Origin: Pseudomonadota bacterium
GTDB lineage: Bacteria > UBA10199 > 2-02-FULL-44-16 > JAAZCA01
Direction: 5' to 3'
NCBI GenBank assembly: GCA_043822785.1
Contig: JBDRBN010000071.1
Coordinates: 1 to 26,668 of the forward strand
DNA length: 26,668 nucleotides
Both the position numbers and the translations under genes were made by a program. A model generated the notes under the pieces. That model saw nothing but the letters and a program-made list of their open reading frames with translations, was not told where the DNA came from and made no database searches. Positions 25,402 through 26,668 of the stretch are shown piece after piece. Within the stretch, counting starts at the first letter, position 1, and the number at the start of each line of letters is the position of its first letter.

Positions 25402-26525
25402 AAAAATCCATTGCCTATAAATTGGGGGCTGCCGTTTTTCTCGTAGCAGTTGCAAGCCTTGCTGCATGGTTTGTGTTTACAAATGTAGGCAATTCAAAGG
25501 GCAATAATGACAAGGGTTATCATGAAGCAAGTTATTACGAAAAGCTTGGCGATAAGGCTGTGCAGTGCAAGCTCTGCCCCAACTTCTGCAGGTTAAAACC
25601 TGATCAGATCGGCCTTTGCAAGGCCAGAAAAAATATCGATGGAAAGCTCTACTCTATAGTCTATGGCAACATTGCAGCCAAGCACCTGGACCCGATTGAG
25701 AAAAAGCCCCTTTACCACTTTCTGCCTGGAACAGCTGCGTATTCCATAGCCACCACAGGCTGCAACCTAGGCTGTCTCTTTTGCCAAAACTGGCAGATCT
25801 CCCAGATCTTTCCTTGGGAGACGAAGATTCAGAAGATGAGTCCTGAAGAGGTAGTGGATGAAGCGCTAAAGAGCGGAGCCAAATCCATCGCATTCACATA
25901 CAACGAGCCCACTATCTTCTATGAATACATGTTGGATATCGCAAAGCTTGCCAAAAAGAAGGGGCTTAAGACCGCAGTGATAAGCGCGGGCTTTATAAAT
26001 CCCGAACCATTAAAAGAGCTTTTGCCCTACATCGATGCATATAAGATCGACTTCAAGGGATATAGCGAGGAGTTTTATAAAAAGCTAACCAATGCGCGTC
26101 TCACGCCTGTGCTTGAAACCATGAAGACCATAAAGCAAAGCAACACATGGCTTGAGATTGTAAACCTGGTCATCCCAGGTGAAAACGATTCGGATAAAGA
26201 CCTCATGGGCCTTATCAATTGGATCAAAGATAATTTGGGCACAGATGTGCCGCTGCATTTTTTGCGCTTTCATCCTGATTATAAACTTCTTAACAAGCCC
26301 CCCACTCCTGAAGAAACGGTGAAGAAGGCCAGAAAGATGGCCATGGATGCAGGTCTTAAATACGTATATACTGGCAATATCTTCTTCCCGGAGGGAAGCA
26401 CAACCTATTGCCCAAAAAGTAAAAAACCAGCTATCGAGCGCGAGGTCTTTTTTGTAACTAAAAACAACCTAACCCCAGAGGGCAGATGCTCTGACGGCGA
26501 AAAAATCCCCGGCGTCTGGAAATAA
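25398..26525 (+). CDS. amrS: AmmeMemoRadiSam system radical SAM enzyme with N-terminal TM/signal segment
   Basis: VQCKLCPNFC, GLCKAR, DPIEKKPLYHF, GCNLGCLFCQNWQISQ, AFTYNEP, FHPDY, YVYTGN. SD GGAGG and an ATGA overlap at 25398. Confidence 0.93.
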   Translation: MKKSIAYKLGAAVFLVAVASLAAWFVFTNVGNSKGNNDKGYHEASYYEKLGDKAVQCKLCPNFCRLKPDQIGLCKARKNIDGKLYSIVYGNIAAKHLDPIEKKPLYHFLPGTAAYSIATTGCNLGCLFCQNWQISQIFPWETKIQKMSPEEVVDEALKSGAKSIAFTYNEPTIFYEYMLDIAKLAKKKGLKTAVISAGFINPEPLKELLPYIDAYKIDFKGYSEEFYKKLTNARLTPVLETMKTIKQSNTWLEIVNLVIPGENDSDKDLMGLINWIKDNLGTDVPLHFLRFHPDYKLLNKPPTPEETVKKARKMAMDAGLKYVYTGNIFFPEGSTTYCPKSKKPAIEREVFFVTKNNLTPEGRCSDGEKIPGVWK

Positions 26526-26530
26526 GGATA

Positions 26531-26668
26531 GTCATGTACCCCCGGCAGAGCCGGGGGCTTGAAAAACCGTGAACCGCTCAAAGCGGTTAAAACCTACCGA
26601 AACATATTCAGCTGATCGAGCCGTTGGTCTTCCTTTTCCTGATTCCTTATGTATTCGCGTACTGCGTT
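26531..26668 (-). mobile_element. Right end of an IS200/IS605-family insertion sequence (partial)
   Basis: tnpA 3' end followed by two subterminal hairpins: AACCGCT-CAA-AGCGGTT (26572-26588) and CCCCCGGC-AGA-GCCGGGGG (26539-26557). Probable end at TGAC (rc of 26531-26534), which is an inference. Confidence 0.85.
26594..26668 (-). CDS. tnpA: IS200/IS605 Y1 (HUH) transposase, C-terminal fragment
   Basis: Hand translation NAVREYIRNQEKEDQRLDQLNMFR*. The YIxNQ motif carries the catalytic tyrosine of Y1 transposases. Confidence 0.88.
   Translation of the reverse strand, partial: NAVREYIRNQEKEDQRLDQLNMFR

Overview
Bacterial chromosomal window with about 25 CDS and no rRNA, tRNA or CRISPR array that I can see. 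The gene content resembles a deltaproteobacteria-like lineage (inference only). Left to right: two orphan proteins (the first runs off the left edge and is missing from the ORF track); a Nif3-family gene translationally coupled to hydF, with hydG transcribed divergently; a PAS histidine kinase without a receiver domain; a DUF364 protein plus a membrane protein; a PelA-like deacetylase lacking the hydrolase domain; a HEAT-repeat orphan; a CmpX-like protein; a run of NhaP, a thaumatin-like lipoprotein, an orphan, a GIY-YIG nuclease and purU; an AT-rich three-gene island (DUF4258 toxin, MqsA-like antitoxin, 62-aa ORF); a 249-nt rod-like palindrome whose left end is repeated on the far side of that island; ilvB; a purF-like(Ser1)/cfa/GGR-family reductase operon; DsbD_2/TauE plus a membrane-anchored amrS; and the right end of an IS200/IS605 element. 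The most notable signals are the palindrome with its apparent cargo island, a recurring sigma-28-like promoter motif in front of orphan genes, the thaumatin lipoprotein, and the Nif3-hydF coupling.
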